Numbered from the stretch's first letter, positions 43,436 to 54,631 are shown. The stretch: 64,000 nt of DNA from Vulcanimicrobiota bacterium (GCA_963833095.1 CAWHWQ010000005.1:384001-448000), one strand, 5' to 3'. Translations and numbers: made by a program. Notes: generated by a model from the letters alone, not told the origin.

Positions 43436-43612
43436 GATGAAATCTCCGAGAAGAGCATACGCCTTCCATTACGACCGGGCGAACCCAGGTGTTTCGCTCC
43501 TTACGATTCAGAAGTGGGCCCGAAATGAGAACAGGGCCGGCAGAGCCGGTCCCGTTCCGTAGCTCCGAAGAGCACTTTCGTAGGGCGGCACCATCATAAC
43601 ACAAAGAAAAAC

Positions 43613-43730
43613 GCGCAAGACTGGGACGATTCGGCCGCCTTCGGCGGGCGCGCATCCTGCGCTCCGAACCTTCACCCACATCGTGTGGGTCCTCGAAGTC
43701 GCTTCGCGTTCGACTCTTCAGGCGTACGCA
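43613..43730. repeat. tRNA-associated palindromic unit ending in a 12-nt copy of the tRNA-Leu 3' end
   Basis: GCGCAAGACTGG at 43613-43624 and 43768-43779; intervening hairpins CCGCCTTCGGCGG, GCGCATCCTGCGC, CCCACATCGTGTGGG, GCTTCGC. Confidence 0.55.
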
Positions 43731-43733
43731 CTA

Positions 43734-43764
43734 AAAGAAAAGAGCCCCATGGGCTCTTTTCTTT
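43734..43764 (-). terminator. Intrinsic terminator immediately after tRNA-Leu
   Basis: AAAGAAAAGAGCCC-cat-GGGCTCTTTTCTTT hairpin with U-tract. Confidence 0.75.
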
Positions 43765-43850
43765 GGTGCGCAAGACTGGACTCGAACCAGCACGAGATTG
43801 CTCCCGCTAGCCCCTCAAGCTAGTGCGTCTACCAATTCCGCCACTTGCGC
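43764..43850 (-). tRNA. tRNA-Leu(GAG)
   Basis: GCGCAAG acceptor stem, TGGCGGAATTGGTAGACGC D-arm, CTAGC-TTGAGGG-GCTAG anticodon arm, long variable arm, GGTTCGAGTCC T-loop, encoded CCA. Confidence 0.95.
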
Positions 43851-43894
43851 ACAGAGGGCTTTTCCGGGTCGTCCATGAGGACAACTGGGCTAGT

Positions 43895-44845
43895 CTATAG
43901 CCTATTCATGTTCGGGTCAAGCGCATCGCGCAGGCCGTCGCCGATATAGTTGATCGCAAGCACGGTAATCAGGATGCAGAGGCCGGGGAAGACCGCCGCC
44001 CACCAGGCGATCTGGAGGTTGGACTGGGCGTTCGCGAGCATGTTGCCCCACGACGCCGTCGGGGGCTGGATCCCGAAGCCGAGGAACGAGAGGACCGATT
44101 CGATGAGGATGACGCCCGCCACGTCCAGCGTGGCCTGGACGATGATCGGCGCGACCGCGTTGGGCAACAGGTGCCGGAAGATGATCCGCAGGTCGCCGTT
44201 GCCGACCGCCCGGGCCGCCTCGGCGAACTCGCGCTCGCGCAGCACAGGAACGAGGCGCGCACGAGACGCGCGACCGTCGGCCACGAGAGCGCGCCGATGA
44301 TCAGGACGATCACCCCGAAGCTCAGCGACGGCTTTGTTCGAACTCGCCGCGACGATCGCGGTCAGCACGAGAAGCAGCGGCAGCAGCGGAATCGAGAGGA
44401 ACACGTCGGTGATGCGCATGATCACGCAATCGACCCAGCCGCCGTAGTAGCCGGCAATCGCGCCGAGCGATCGAGCCGATGATCACTTCCATGAGCACGG
44501 CGAAGATGGCGACTGTCAGCGAGATGCGCGCGCCGAAGAGCAGCCGCGAAAGCAGATCGCGGCCGATCTCGTCGGTGCCCGAGCGGATGTGCGCCGCACA
44601 GCGCGGAGTCTTGGAAGCACGGCGGCAAGCGGCGTCCCTTGCCAGTGGACGTTGTCGATGGCGTTCGGATCGAACGGCGCGAGCTGCATTTGCAAAGACG
44701 CGCACAGAGCGATCAGTCCTAAGCACGACAATGCCCGCGACCGCCAGTCGGTGGCGGCGCAGCCGCGTCCAGAACGTGACTTTTGAATAGACGGTGGTGT
44801 CTTCGTCTTCGATACGGTTGCGCGCTACGGAATGATCGCTGCCAT
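43895..44845 (-). pseudogene. Peptide/nickel ABC permease (OppC/DppC-like), multiple frameshifts
   Basis: GTDEIGRD..SRLLFGARISL, MRITDVFLSIP, EFAEAARAVG, HLLPN, LSFLGFGIQPPTASWG, GDGLRDALDP spread over several frames. Confidence 0.7.
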
Positions 44846-44850
44846 CACGA

Positions 44851-45840
44851 TCAGTCGTATTTCACGCGCGGATCGAGCCACGCGTAGACACGTCGGCGAG
44901 CAAGTTTGCAGAACACGACGAGCGAACGCCGACCATCACAGGTACCCCATCAACAGCGCGATATCGCTCTGCCGAACGCGTTGATAGAACAGGCGCCCCA
45001 TCCCGGGCCACGCGAAGATCGTCTCGGTCACGATCGCGCCGCCGACCACGCCGGGCAACGACAGCGCGACAATCGTCACGACCGGGATCAGCGCGTTCTT
45101 CAAGCCGTGCTTGAACAAGAATCGCGCGGAACGCTCAGACCTTTCGCCGCTGCGGTGCGCATGTAATCGGTGTTGAGTCACTTCGAGCAGCGACGAGCGC
45201 ATGAAGCGGCTATACAGCGCGAGGTTCAGCAGCGAGAGCACGATCACCGGCATGATCAAATGCTCGAGCGCGATCGCCCAAATCGAAGGTGTCGGTCGTA
45301 CTGAGATGCCCGCCGACGGCAAGACTGAATCATGTACCCGAACGGCAGCGGAATGCCGTGCACGGCGAACAGCAGCTGCATCATCAGGGCGAACCAGAAC
45401 ACCGGCATCGACTGGCCGAAGAACGCCAGCGTCGTAATGAAGTAGTCGAGCAAACGAGTACGGCTTGACGGCCGAGACGATGCCGGCGAAGACGCCGACG
45501 CGCAAGCGACACCACGATCGAGATGCCCATCAGCTCGAGCGTCGCGGGCAGCCGCTCGAGGAGCGCTTGCAGCACCGGCTCGGAGTTGCTGGTCGAATAG
45601 CCGAAGTCGCCGGTGCAAGAACGTGTCCCAGCCATACGAAGTAGCGGAACCGGAAGCGGCTTGTCCAGCCCGAGGTTATGCTTGAGCCGCTCGATATCGG
45701 CGGGGGTGATGTGCGGGTTCTGCAGGTACGGCGCGAGCGGTCCGCCCGGAGCGTTGTTGAGGATCACGAACAGGATCATCGAGATCAGCAGCAAGCAGCG
45801 GGATCGCCTGCAGCGTCCGGCGCACGACGTAGGTAAACAC
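44851..45840 (-). pseudogene. Peptide/nickel ABC permease (OppB/DppB-like), multiple frameshifts
   Basis: LGLDKPL, GDFGYS, RLPATLEL, SMPVFW, RFMRSS.LEV, KHGLKNALIPV, ETIFAWPGMG fragments in different frames. Confidence 0.7.
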
Positions 45841-45880
45841 GGAGCGCGCCGCTAGTTAAGAGCCGCGGCTGCGGAAACCT

Positions 45881-46716
<836 letters not shown>

Positions 46717-46727
46717 GCGCTCACATT

Positions 46728-47000
46728 TCAGCGCGGCAGATGGAACTCCGCCCAGCAGGCGGATAGCACAATTGCCACCCTGAGGGCAACCAGCGACAGA
46801 TGCACCCATCCGCGCTCCGGAAAGCGTTCGAGCGTCCACGAAAACAAGTACGCTGCAAATGTATATACCGGAATGCGCCAATAACGCCAATACCATCCGC
46901 GTTCCAACGCTAGCGCGAACATTGTAATCAGTGCGACGACCGCAATTACATCGAAGAGCACGCGAAACGCGAAGATGATTCGTCTGGTAGAATCCGTCAT
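46728..47000 (-). CDS. Small hypothetical membrane protein (about 3 TM)
   Basis: 90 aa, hydrophobic, ATGA overlap with the kamC stop. Confidence 0.55.
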   Translation of the reverse strand: MTDSTRRIIFAFRVLFDVIAVVALITMFALALERGWYWRYWRIPVYTFAAYLFSWTLERFPERGWVHLSLVALRVAIVLSACWAEFHLPR

Positions 47001-48604
47001 TCAGACTCCATCGCACGGTACGCAGCGTCGATCACGCGCGCATCAGTACCCAGCAGCGATGCCAGGGCGATCGCATCGGCTCCTTGCTGACGCTCGCCGC
47101 GGACCTCTTTCAACGTATAATCCATCGACGCGGCCAACGTTTCCAGCGCCTGGGCAAGATTATCGGTAGCCGGCGCTCGGGGAATGCCGCGCAGACCGCG
47201 GACAGCATAGTGCCGTGCGCCGGTCGCCTTGGTGACGCCGCTCAGGTGCGTCGCGGCAAGCGCGCACGCATGCATCTCACGTAACCGCTCGATCACTGCG
47301 ACTAGCAACGCTCTCCCTTCGCGCGGCGTCGTCGTACGCGCGAATTCATCGAGCAACACGAGACGCGGCATCGCCGAGCGCTCGAGCAAGTCGCGCAAAC
47401 GTACGACTTCGCGCGCAAACGAGGAAAGCAGCGATCCGTCGCGTTCCTGGTCGCTCCCGACGCCCAGCCACGCGATCTCGGCGAAGAGCGCCGTCTGGGC
47501 TTGCCGCGCCGGGACAGGTAGACCAAAAGCCACGCAGAGCGCGATGAACCCGCAGGTTCGCAAACACGCACTCTTTCCACCCATGTTCGGCCCGGTGACA
47601 ACCGCCACGTCGTCGAGTCGCAGGTCGATCGGCGTAAATGCCCGGCCTTCGCGCTGCAATTCCATTTCAAGCGGAAGAAAACGTGCGCCCTCGAAGCTGA
47701 GGATGCCGCTGCTCTCGACGACTGGGACCGAGCAGCGATGGGCGCGCGCGAACCGCGCCGCCGCAACGAGTACGTCGCACTCGCCGAAGGATCGCATCGC
47801 GCTCTCGAGCGACGCTACGTGGGTCCGTATCGTGATTGAGAGCTGCTCGCGAACGCGCGCTTCGGCGCGCGCGACCTCTGCGGCAGCATCGTCACGCCGG
47901 CGAAGAGCGGCTAGCACCCCGTCGTCCGCATCGAGTTCGCAAAGAAGATAGGTCGGCGCTTCGCGTACGACGCGAACGCCGGAGGGTAGCGGCCCGCGGA
48001 GGTCATCGCGCATCACGATGAACTCGGGTAGCGAAATCTCGCGATCGAGCGCAACTGCAACCGTGGCAGCCGAGCGGCCGCGGGCGGCGTCGTATTCGGC
48101 TTGCGCTTGCCCGAGCGCTGCGCGGGTCGTCGCGAGCGCGACATCAAACGCGTCATCGAGATAGAATCCAAATCCGCTCGTACGGCCGCGTTCAAGCGCG
48201 CGGGCACATTCGCGAACTGCCGGACTCACCGCTGGAGAAAGATCGGCGCAGCCGGCAATCAGGATATCGAGAGCATCGCAGGCATCGAAGAAGCGCTGGA
48301 GTTCCAAAAACTTCGCGTCGTCGAGCGCGTCGCCCATCGCTGCGCGCGCGACTGCCGAACTCGCGTCAGGAGCCCGGCGCGCAATCTCGCGCGCCATGTC
48401 GAGCTGCGCTTCATCCAGCGTCTCGGCGATGCGCGCGATGCGCGCGGCGCGAGCAGCCGCCTGTGTCTCTTGACCCGGCAAAAACGGTTCGAGCGTGGCG
48501 AACTGTTGCTCGCCATACGAGCCTGCGGGCGCGAGTGCATCGCGCAACCAGGCAAAGCCGACCGCGTGCGCGCTTGCCGCATCGAATAACGCTCCCGTCT
48601 TCAT
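46997..48604 (-). CDS. kamC: MutS-domain-V ATPase, KamC-like (lysine 5,6-aminomutase reactivase ATPase)
   Basis: TGPNMGGKS, LSSFAREV, LLDEFARTT.P.EG, ATH, MDY.L; no mismatch-binding domain; next to kamB-like and kce. Confidence 0.7.
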   Translation of the reverse strand: MKTGALFDAASAHAVGFAWLRDALAPAGSYGEQQFATLEPFLPGQETQAAARAARIARIAETLDEAQLDMAREIARRAPDASSAVARAAMGDALDDAKFLELQRFFDACDALDILIAGCADLSPAVSPAVRECARALERGRTSGFGFYLDDAFDVALATTRAALGQAQAEYDAARGRSAATVAVALDREISLPEFIVMRDDLRGPLPSGVRVVREAPTYLLCELDADDGVLAALRRRDDAAAEVARAEARVREQLSITIRTHVASLESAMRSFGECDVLVAAARFARAHRCSVPVVESSGILSFEGARFLPLEMELQREGRAFTPIDLRLDDVAVVTGPNMGGKSACLRTCGFIALCVAFGLPVPARQAQTALFAEIAWLGVGSDQERDGSLLSSFAREVVRLRDLLERSAMPRLVLLDEFARTTTPREGRALLVAVIERLREMHACALAATHLSGVTKATGARHYAVRGLRGIPRAPATDNLAQALETLAASMDYTLKEVRGERQQGADAIALASLLGTDARVIDAAYRAMESE

Positions 48605-49497
48605 GCGGCACACTCGCCTGCATACACATCAAAAGTCGGAAGACCCGTTGCGCTCGCGACCGCGCGCGCGAACTCGCGTGGCTCAAAGTTGCGATCGTGA
48701 CTGGCCGAAGCGACGGTAGCCGCAATGACGCGTAGCGGGCGTTCGCAGCGGATCGTTAGATGTTCGAAGGCGTGCAGGGCGGCTTTCCCGGCCAGCGCAA
48801 CCTGCGTCGGATCCCGCACGACGATGGTACGCTGCTCGCGCTCGCGGATCAACTGTGCCGCAATTGCGGGGGTCAGCGCGCCATCGATCGAGAGAACATC
48901 GCCCGCGCCGCCGAAGCGCGGCGTGCGCAAGCGAGCGACGAGCGCGCGCGCGTCATCAACTGCTTCCTGAAACGTCGGCGCCGCGGCCGCCCCACACGAG
49001 ACGACGATCGCATCGTCGCCACCGGCAAGCGCCGCGATGCGATCGAACGCTCCGTCGACGAGTACCCGCGGCGCCATCTGCAGTAAATCGCGCACGACGG
49101 CGCGCACTGCCGATGCATTTGGCGGACCGACCAATTCGTAGTGCGTGCCGCTGCGAACGCGTGCGTACACGAGCGCGCCCGCAGCCGTGTGGTGCGGCGT
49201 GAGTGCCAGCAATTCGCTTGCCGGAGAGGATGGAAGCACGTTGCGGGCCGTGCCGATAATTGTCGGTGGCTCGAGCCAGAGGCGGGGCTTGGCTGCGGCA
49301 TCGGCGATGTCGAATGCCTCGCCGTCGCGCCCGACTGAGGTCAAGCCGCATACAATATCCGAATCTGCGCACGCGCGGTAGATCGCGCGCAAAGCGACCG
49401 TCTTGCCGACGTTCTTTCCGGTACCCACCACAAAGAGCGAGCGCAGGCCGCTCTGACTCCAAAGCTCGAGGATCGACTCGCCGGCATGCACGCGCAT
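48601..49497 (-). CDS. kamB: KamB-like lysine 5,6-aminomutase reactivase subunit
   Basis: G.GKNVGKT, LTSVGRDGE..D....KP, VDGAFDR.A, DGALT motifs; coupled to kamC. Confidence 0.68.
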   Translation of the reverse strand: MRVHAGESILELWSQSGLRSLFVVGTGKNVGKTVALRAIYRACADSDIVCGLTSVGRDGEAFDIADAAAKPRLWLEPPTIIGTARNVLPSSPASELLALTPHHTAAGALVYARVRSGTHYELVGPPNASAVRAVVRDLLQMAPRVLVDGAFDRIAALAGGDDAIVVSCGAAAAPTFQEAVDDARALVARLRTPRFGGAGDVLSIDGALTPAIAAQLIREREQRTIVVRDPTQVALAGKAALHAFEHLTIRCERPLRVIAATVASASHDRNFEPREFARAVASATGLPTFDVYAGECAA

Positions 49498-49511
49498 AGC
49501 CGCGGCTTTTC

Positions 49512-50066
49512 CTAGCCGGCGTGCAAAACCTTGAGCACGATGAATGTGGCGCCGGTCAGCGCAAGCAGTATGCCCGCAAGCATCTCGGATCCGTCTTCCA
49601 CTCGCGATCCCAACAAGCGACCCAGGCGCAGCCCCAGGAGCGTCGCGATCACCGAGACGATTCCGATGACGACCAGACACAAGCCGACCGGCACGCCGAC
49701 GAAAAGGATCGAAAAGCCGATGCCGAGCGAATCGAGGCTGATCGCCAGGGACGCGACCAGTAGTCCCCATCCGCTGGTCACGATAGGTGGCTTGCGTTCG
49801 CCCATGTTACTTCGCGCCTCGAGGATCATATACGAGCCGACGGCAATGAGCGCGGCGAAACCGACGTAGCCGGCCGCGTCTCCGATGAGGCGGCCCGTCA
49901 CTGCGCCCAGGGCAGCGCCGACGCAATTCATGACGATCTCCGCGCAGGGAAACGCGATCGCGATTCGCAGGCGCTCTTGCGGCGTAGCACCGCGCATCCC
50001 CAGGCCAACGCTGACGGCAAACACGTCCAGCGCAAGCGAGATCGCGATGAAGAGGATCTTGATCAG
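49512..50066 (-). CDS. mntP: MntP-family manganese efflux pump; probable CTG start
   Basis: SLALDVFAVS.G.G and AISLDSLGIG repeats, E..AG..L; first TM lies upstream of the ORF-track start. Confidence 0.8.
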   Translation of the reverse strand: MIKILFIAISLALDVFAVSVGLGMRGATPQERLRIAIAFPCAEIVMNCVGAALGAVTGRLIGDAAGYVGFAALIAVGSYMILEARSNMGERKPPIVTSGWGLLVASLAISLDSLGIGFSILFVGVPVGLCLVVIGIVSVIATLLGLRLGRLLGSRVEDGSEMLAGILLALTGATFIVLKVLHAG

Positions 50067-50485
50067 AAGATTTGGGCGCTGGAGAGCGAGTCGCGCTTGG
50101 AAAGTAAGTGCGTGACGGCAGAACGCAGTTGCGAGATCGTGAAGGGTTTGTTGAGGAAGAGGTTAGCGCCGGCGCTCTTCGCGCGGCCATCCATCGCGTA
50201 GTTGGTGTGGCCGGAGATCATCAATATCGGCACCCCGCGCGTTCCTTCTTTGGATCGCAGTCGCTCGACCAGGTCGATGCCCGAGATTCCGGGCAGCATA
50301 AAGTCGCAGATGATGATGTCGAACGGGCCCTGCCGGTCGACGGCGACGAGCGCGCTCTCAGCATCATTGCACATAACCATTTCGTACGGCCCCTTTCGCA
50401 GGACCGTATCGACCAGCGTGCAGATCGCCGGATCGTCATCCGCGATCAGCACCCGCCAGTTACGCTGAGTCATCTCCTCAGCCAT
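50063..50485 (-). CDS. Single-domain (CheY-like) response regulator
   Basis: VLIADDD, ICDFMLP..SG, PILMISG, FLNKPF. Confidence 0.9.
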   Translation of the reverse strand: MAEEMTQRNWRVLIADDDPAICTLVDTVLRKGPYEMVMCNDAESALVAVDRQGPFDIIICDFMLPGISGIDLVERLRSKEGTRGVPILMISGHTNYAMDGRAKSAGANLFLNKPFTISQLRSAVTHLLSKRDSLSSAQIF

Positions 50486-50610
50486 TCGGGTATGTCACTA
50501 GCACGCCTCGGCTACCCATGTGAGGGTTCGGTAAACTTTCGATAATGATCCCGGCCCCAGACGCGTTTTCCTGCGGCGGAGCCGCCTTCTCCGAGGCGAA
50601 TAGGCGCGGC

Positions 50611-51504
50611 ATGGCCATCATCGATCGACTCCTCGCGCCCGGTTCCGGCTTTCAGAAAAACTTCTTTTTTCTCGCCAAGCGCTTTGTTGCGGGCGAAACG
50701 ATCGAATCTGCCATCGCCGCCGTTGCCGAGCTCAATGCCGCGGGGATGACGGCGACGCTGGACTACCTCGGCGAAGACGTCCTCGAACGCGACGCGGCGA
50801 TCGCGACGCGCGAGGCCTATATCGCGGTGCTCGAGCGCGTCCACCAGAGCGGCGTGGAGAGCAACGTCTCGGTGAAAATGACCGCGATGGGCCTGTTGAT
50901 CGATCAGGCTTTCGGGCTGGCGAACCTCACCGGTATCGCACGTTTTGCGCAGCGTAACCCCGACCCATTCGTACGCATCGACATGGAAGGCTCCGCGGTC
51001 ACACAAGCGACACTGGATCTCTTCGAGCGCGCCTATGCGACCGACAAGAATGTCGGCATCGTGCTGCAAGCCTACCTCAAGCGCACGCCAGCCGACGTCG
51101 CAGGCGCTATTGCGCTTGGCGCGCGCGTGCGATTGTGCAAAGGCGCGTACAACGAGCCGCCGGAGATCGCAATCAAAGAGATGCCCGTGATTCGCGCGCA
51201 GTACCTGACGCTTGCAAAGGAACTGCTCGAACGCGGGAACTACCCGGCGCTTGCGACGCACGATCGCGAGCTGATCGACGAGATTCGCGCCTACGTGCGC
51301 GAACGCGGCATTCCACGCGACGGTTTCGAATTTCAAATGTTGTACGGGTGCCGCCCACAGCTACAGCGCGAGCTCGTCGCGGAGGGATATCGTATGCGGG
51401 TCTACGTTCCATACGGAACGCATTGGGCCGGCTACTTCTACCGGCGCGTGCTAGAGCGGCGCGAGAATGCGCTCTTTGCGCTTTCATCCATGTGGTCGAG
51501 ATAG
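50611..51504 (+). CDS. Monofunctional proline dehydrogenase
   Basis: RFVAGE, LDYLGE, RIDME, LQAYL, RLCKGAY, ATHD, EFQMLYG, YVPYG..W..YF.RR. Confidence 0.93.
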   Translation: MAIIDRLLAPGSGFQKNFFFLAKRFVAGETIESAIAAVAELNAAGMTATLDYLGEDVLERDAAIATREAYIAVLERVHQSGVESNVSVKMTAMGLLIDQAFGLANLTGIARFAQRNPDPFVRIDMEGSAVTQATLDLFERAYATDKNVGIVLQAYLKRTPADVAGAIALGARVRLCKGAYNEPPEIAIKEMPVIRAQYLTLAKELLERGNYPALATHDRELIDEIRAYVRERGIPRDGFEFQMLYGCRPQLQRELVAEGYRMRVYVPYGTHWAGYFYRRVLERRENALFALSSMWSR

Positions 51505-51516
51505 GCATCAAGCGCG

Positions 51517-51966
51517 ATGCGTGCCGTCGTCCAGCGCGTCTTGCGCGCCAGCGTGCGCGTCGATGAACGCATTATCGGAAGCATCGACTCGGGCTTTGTT
51601 GTTTTACTCGGGGTCGCCGTCGCTGATCGCGAGGACGATGCGCGAGCAATGGCTGAAAAGATCGCGAATCTGCGGATCTTTCCCGACGAAGCCGGCCTCA
51701 TGAACCGCAGCGTGCTCGAAACGGGCGGCGCGATCTTACTCGTCTCGCAATTCACGCTGTACGGCGATGCTCGCAAGGGGCGACGTCCGTCGTTTATTTC
51801 AGCCGCGAAGGAGCCGCTGGCAAGCGATCTCTACGAACGCACCGGGCGAGATCTTGAGCGGCTCGGCCTGCACGTGGAATACGGCGAATTCGGAGCCGAC
51901 ATGCAGGTCGAGCTGGTCAACGACGGCCCGGTGACGATTTTACTCGACTCCGAAAAGGCGTTTTAA
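51517..51966 (+). CDS. dtd: D-aminoacyl-tRNA deacylase
   Basis: [34 protein letters not shown]. Confidence 0.96.
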   Translation: MRAVVQRVLRASVRVDERIIGSIDSGFVVLLGVAVADREDDARAMAEKIANLRIFPDEAGLMNRSVLETGGAILLVSQFTLYGDARKGRRPSFISAAKEPLASDLYERTGRDLERLGLHVEYGEFGADMQVELVNDGPVTILLDSEKAF

Positions 51967-53430
51967 CTAAAGGGTGACGTCGGCGATGCGCTCGACGCGG
52001 ATCACCTTATCCGACTCGGTAAGACGCCCGAGCACGTCGAACCCGCTGGTCATCGCGCCAAACACGGTGAACGAATTGTCGAGGTGATATTGCGGCGAGA
52101 GCGTGATGTAGTATTCGCTACCCGCTGAGTCACGCTTGGGCAAGTTCGTTTTGTCGTCGTAGTCGAGACCCATCGAGATGACATAGCTGTTCTGTTCGAG
52201 CGGATTTTCTTCAGCCGGAATCGAGTACCCCGGACCCGGTGCGTTCTTGGCATCTTGTTCACCGGTCTGCACGACGAAATCCGGGACGATGCGAAACCAC
52301 GGGTTGTTGTCCAAGAAGCCGCGGTTCATCATGTTCAAGAAGTTGGTGACGGTGAGCGGCGCCCATTCCGGATAGAGGGCCACGTAGATGTTGCCTTGCG
52401 TCGTCACGATGCGCAAGCGCGGGTGTGGACCATGGACCGGCCCGAGCATCTCGCGGGCCGTTTGCGGCAACAACGGCGGAGCCGATGGTGCGTCTTGCGC
52501 GTTTGGTGCGCCGGGTGGCGGCACGTTCCGCGGCATCGGCGGCAGCGACGCTAACGGATCGCGCCCAGGCGCGGGCGTATGCACGAACGCGGGGATCGCG
52601 GTCCAATGATCGGTCAGCTTGCCACCCTGCAGCACGCGAATCGATTCCGCAGCCTGCTCTTGGACGCGCCACGATGGATCCTTGAGCAGCGGCTGCAGGT
52701 CGGCGACGAGCGCCGGGTCCTTGAGTTTTCCGTAGGCTCGCACCGCCTCGATCCGCACGACCTCATCGGAATCGGCTAGTCCACTGCGCAAGAACGCTAC
52801 CGGTACTTTCGAGGCGTAGCGCCGGAAGATCGCCCACATGATGCGCTCGCGCACGCCGGGATCGGGTTCCTTACCGAAGGCGGCCACGAGTTGGTCTATT
52901 GCGATTGCGCCGGGCGGCGAATCGGCGAACAGCGCCAGGGCGATCGCTGCTTTCCCGCGTGCCTCCGGCGAGTACCGATGCTCGCCCATCGCCGAAATGA
53001 GCACGAGGGCTGCCACCATCTCAGATCTCGGATCGAGCTTGCGCGCCTCCTCGTACCGGCCGAGCGCATCGATTGCCGCAATTTGAACCGTACCGCTGCG
53101 ATCGTTCGAAAGGGCGCCCGAGATGCTCTTGGCGTCGCTGCCGAGGCCGATCAACCCCAGACCAAAGATACTGAAAGCCCGGATAGTATCGCGGGGGTCC
53201 TTGAGGTATGGTTCGAGCAGCGGCACGCCTTCGGGCTGCTTGGTTCGCCCGATAGCCAGAGCAGCCCGTGCCGCGGTGGCGTCGTCCGGCGAGGCCAAGA
53301 GAGCGGCGAGGCGGCCGTCTCCCAGCGATCGCTCCGATTCCAAGCGCAAAATTGCTGTAGCCGTCGCACTTGGGACGGCTGCGGGTAAAACGAAAAGGGC
53401 CGCCGCGATAAGGACTGCTGAACGCAAACG
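51967..53430 (-). CDS. Secreted HEAT-repeat / cyclophilin-type peptidyl-prolyl isomerase fusion; start uncertain
   Basis: HEAT repeats then AP.TV.NF, FRIVPDFVVQ.G, GSEYYIT, HLD..FTVFG. Confidence 0.82.
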   Translation of the reverse strand, partial: RLRSAVLIAAALFVLPAAVPSATATAILRLESERSLGDGRLAALLASPDDATAARAALAIGRTKQPEGVPLLEPYLKDPRDTIRAFSIFGLGLIGLGSDAKSISGALSNDRSGTVQIAAIDALGRYEEARKLDPRSEMVAALVLISAMGEHRYSPEARGKAAIALALFADSPPGAIAIDQLVAAFGKEPDPGVRERIMWAIFRRYASKVPVAFLRSGLADSDEVVRIEAVRAYGKLKDPALVADLQPLLKDPSWRVQEQAAESIRVLQGGKLTDHWTAIPAFVHTPAPGRDPLASLPPMPRNVPPPGAPNAQDAPSAPPLLPQTAREMLGPVHGPHPRLRIVTTQGNIYVALYPEWAPLTVTNFLNMMNRGFLDNNPWFRIVPDFVVQTGEQDAKNAPGPGYSIPAEENPLEQNSYVISMGLDYDDKTNLPKRDSAGSEYYITLSPQYHLDNSFTVFGAMTSGFDVLGRLTESDKVIRVERIADVTL

Positions 53431-53544
53431 TAACGCCAATTTGTACTGCCCCCCAACCAAAACCATCGAACTTGCGTTCTAATATATGCACGACGATGGC
53501 CGTCCCTCCGGACGGCAACCCAAACAGTGGAAAAGAGAGCAAGC

Positions 53545-53886
53545 ATGTCAACCCCCGAAAGCCCCAAAAAGACCAGCGGAATGTCGGTCCGCGAGGCGGG
53601 ACAAAAAGGCGGCGAAACCGTCAAGAAAAAGTACGGCCCCGAGTTCTACGAGCAAATCGGACGCAAGGGTGGACTTGCGACGAAGCAGGCTCACGGTCAC
53701 GAGTTCTACGAGCAGATCGGTAAGAAGGGTGGGAAGAAAGGTGGCGAAGCAACGCGCGACCGCTACGGCCCAGACTTCTACGAACGAATCGGACAAAAAG
53801 GTGGCCAAAAAGTTAAGCAACTCATCGAGGAAGGCAAGCGCGCCGCGGCTGCCCAAGAGGCAGAGCGCGAAAAGCGCGCGAGCTAG
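53545..53886 (+). CDS. KGG-repeat general stress protein (GsiB/Em-like)
   Basis: MSVREAGQKGG and three EFYEQIG.KGG-type repeats. Confidence 0.88.
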   Translation: MSTPESPKKTSGMSVREAGQKGGETVKKKYGPEFYEQIGRKGGLATKQAHGHEFYEQIGKKGGKKGGEATRDRYGPDFYERIGQKGGQKVKQLIEEGKRAAAAQEAEREKRAS

Positions 53887-54631
53887 TTTCGTAAGCCTCA
53901 TCGCGGCGAGTCTGGCACTCGCCGCCGTTGCCCCCCTTGCACCGGTGTGGGTTGAGGCCTTTCCCTTGCAGACGCCGCGCACGTCGGCGTCGCCCACGGC
54001 TACACCAAAGCCCGCGCCCAATATCTTGCCGTTCGGATCGAGCCTCGCGTTCATACTGGACGGCACGATCTCTTCATCGTCGTCGAAAGCCGGTGACATC
54101 GTGAAAGCGCACCTCGAGCACGCACTCGAGGTCGACGGCGTAACCATCGCTCCGGCGGGCAGTCCCATCGAAATCAAGATCGCCGATGCATCACCCGCGT
54201 CGAATCCTGATATTTACGGTTTCGTGGATATTTATTTTCGCCCGCTCGTCCTCAACGACGGTCGGACGATTCCGCTACGCGCGCCCGCGTCGCATCTCAA
54301 CGTGAACGTTTCGGCCGGACACGACGCCACCGCCGGTGTCGAGAATACGATCGGCGATATTTGGGCCCCGACGTTGCTATTCCACGCCTTTCGCAAGGGC
54401 CGAAATTTCGTTCTCGAGCCGGGAGCAAATATCAACGCATTCACCGACGCTACGCTGATGATCGCGCGTGGCGGTGCCGTCATGATCGAAACGCCGGCGC
54501 CGCTGGTGCTCGATGCCGAAACGCCGGTATCGTCGTTCCGTTCGGTCCCGATGGCCACCGCGCAGGCCACCTACAAGCCGCCCATCCAAGAACCGAGCAT
54601 TACTCCGGATACACCGCACCCTCGCTACTAG
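53849..54631 (+). CDS. Hypothetical secreted beta-rich protein; start uncertain (possible CTG at 53849)
   Basis: Signal-like segment SFVSLIAASLALAAVAPLA, then ISS.SSKAGD.V.A.L...L.V.G..IAPAG pattern seen in secreted beta-barrel proteins. Confidence 0.6.
   Translation: MPKRQSAKSARASFVSLIAASLALAAVAPLAPVWVEAFPLQTPRTSASPTATPKPAPNILPFGSSLAFILDGTISSSSSKAGDIVKAHLEHALEVDGVTIAPAGSPIEIKIADASPASNPDIYGFVDIYFRPLVLNDGRTIPLRAPASHLNVNVSAGHDATAGVENTIGDIWAPTLLFHAFRKGRNFVLEPGANINAFTDATLMIARGGAVMIETPAPLVLDAETPVSSFRSVPMATAQATYKPPIQEPSITPDTPHPRY

Noticed and set aside
46997..48604. MutS/MutS2 DNA repair gene
   Set aside because: Lacks mismatch-binding and Smr domains; context with kamB-like and kce fits KamC
53641..53805. 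Regularly spaced direct repeats resembling a CRISPR array
   Set aside because: Degenerate, in-frame coding repeats of the KGG protein; no cas genes
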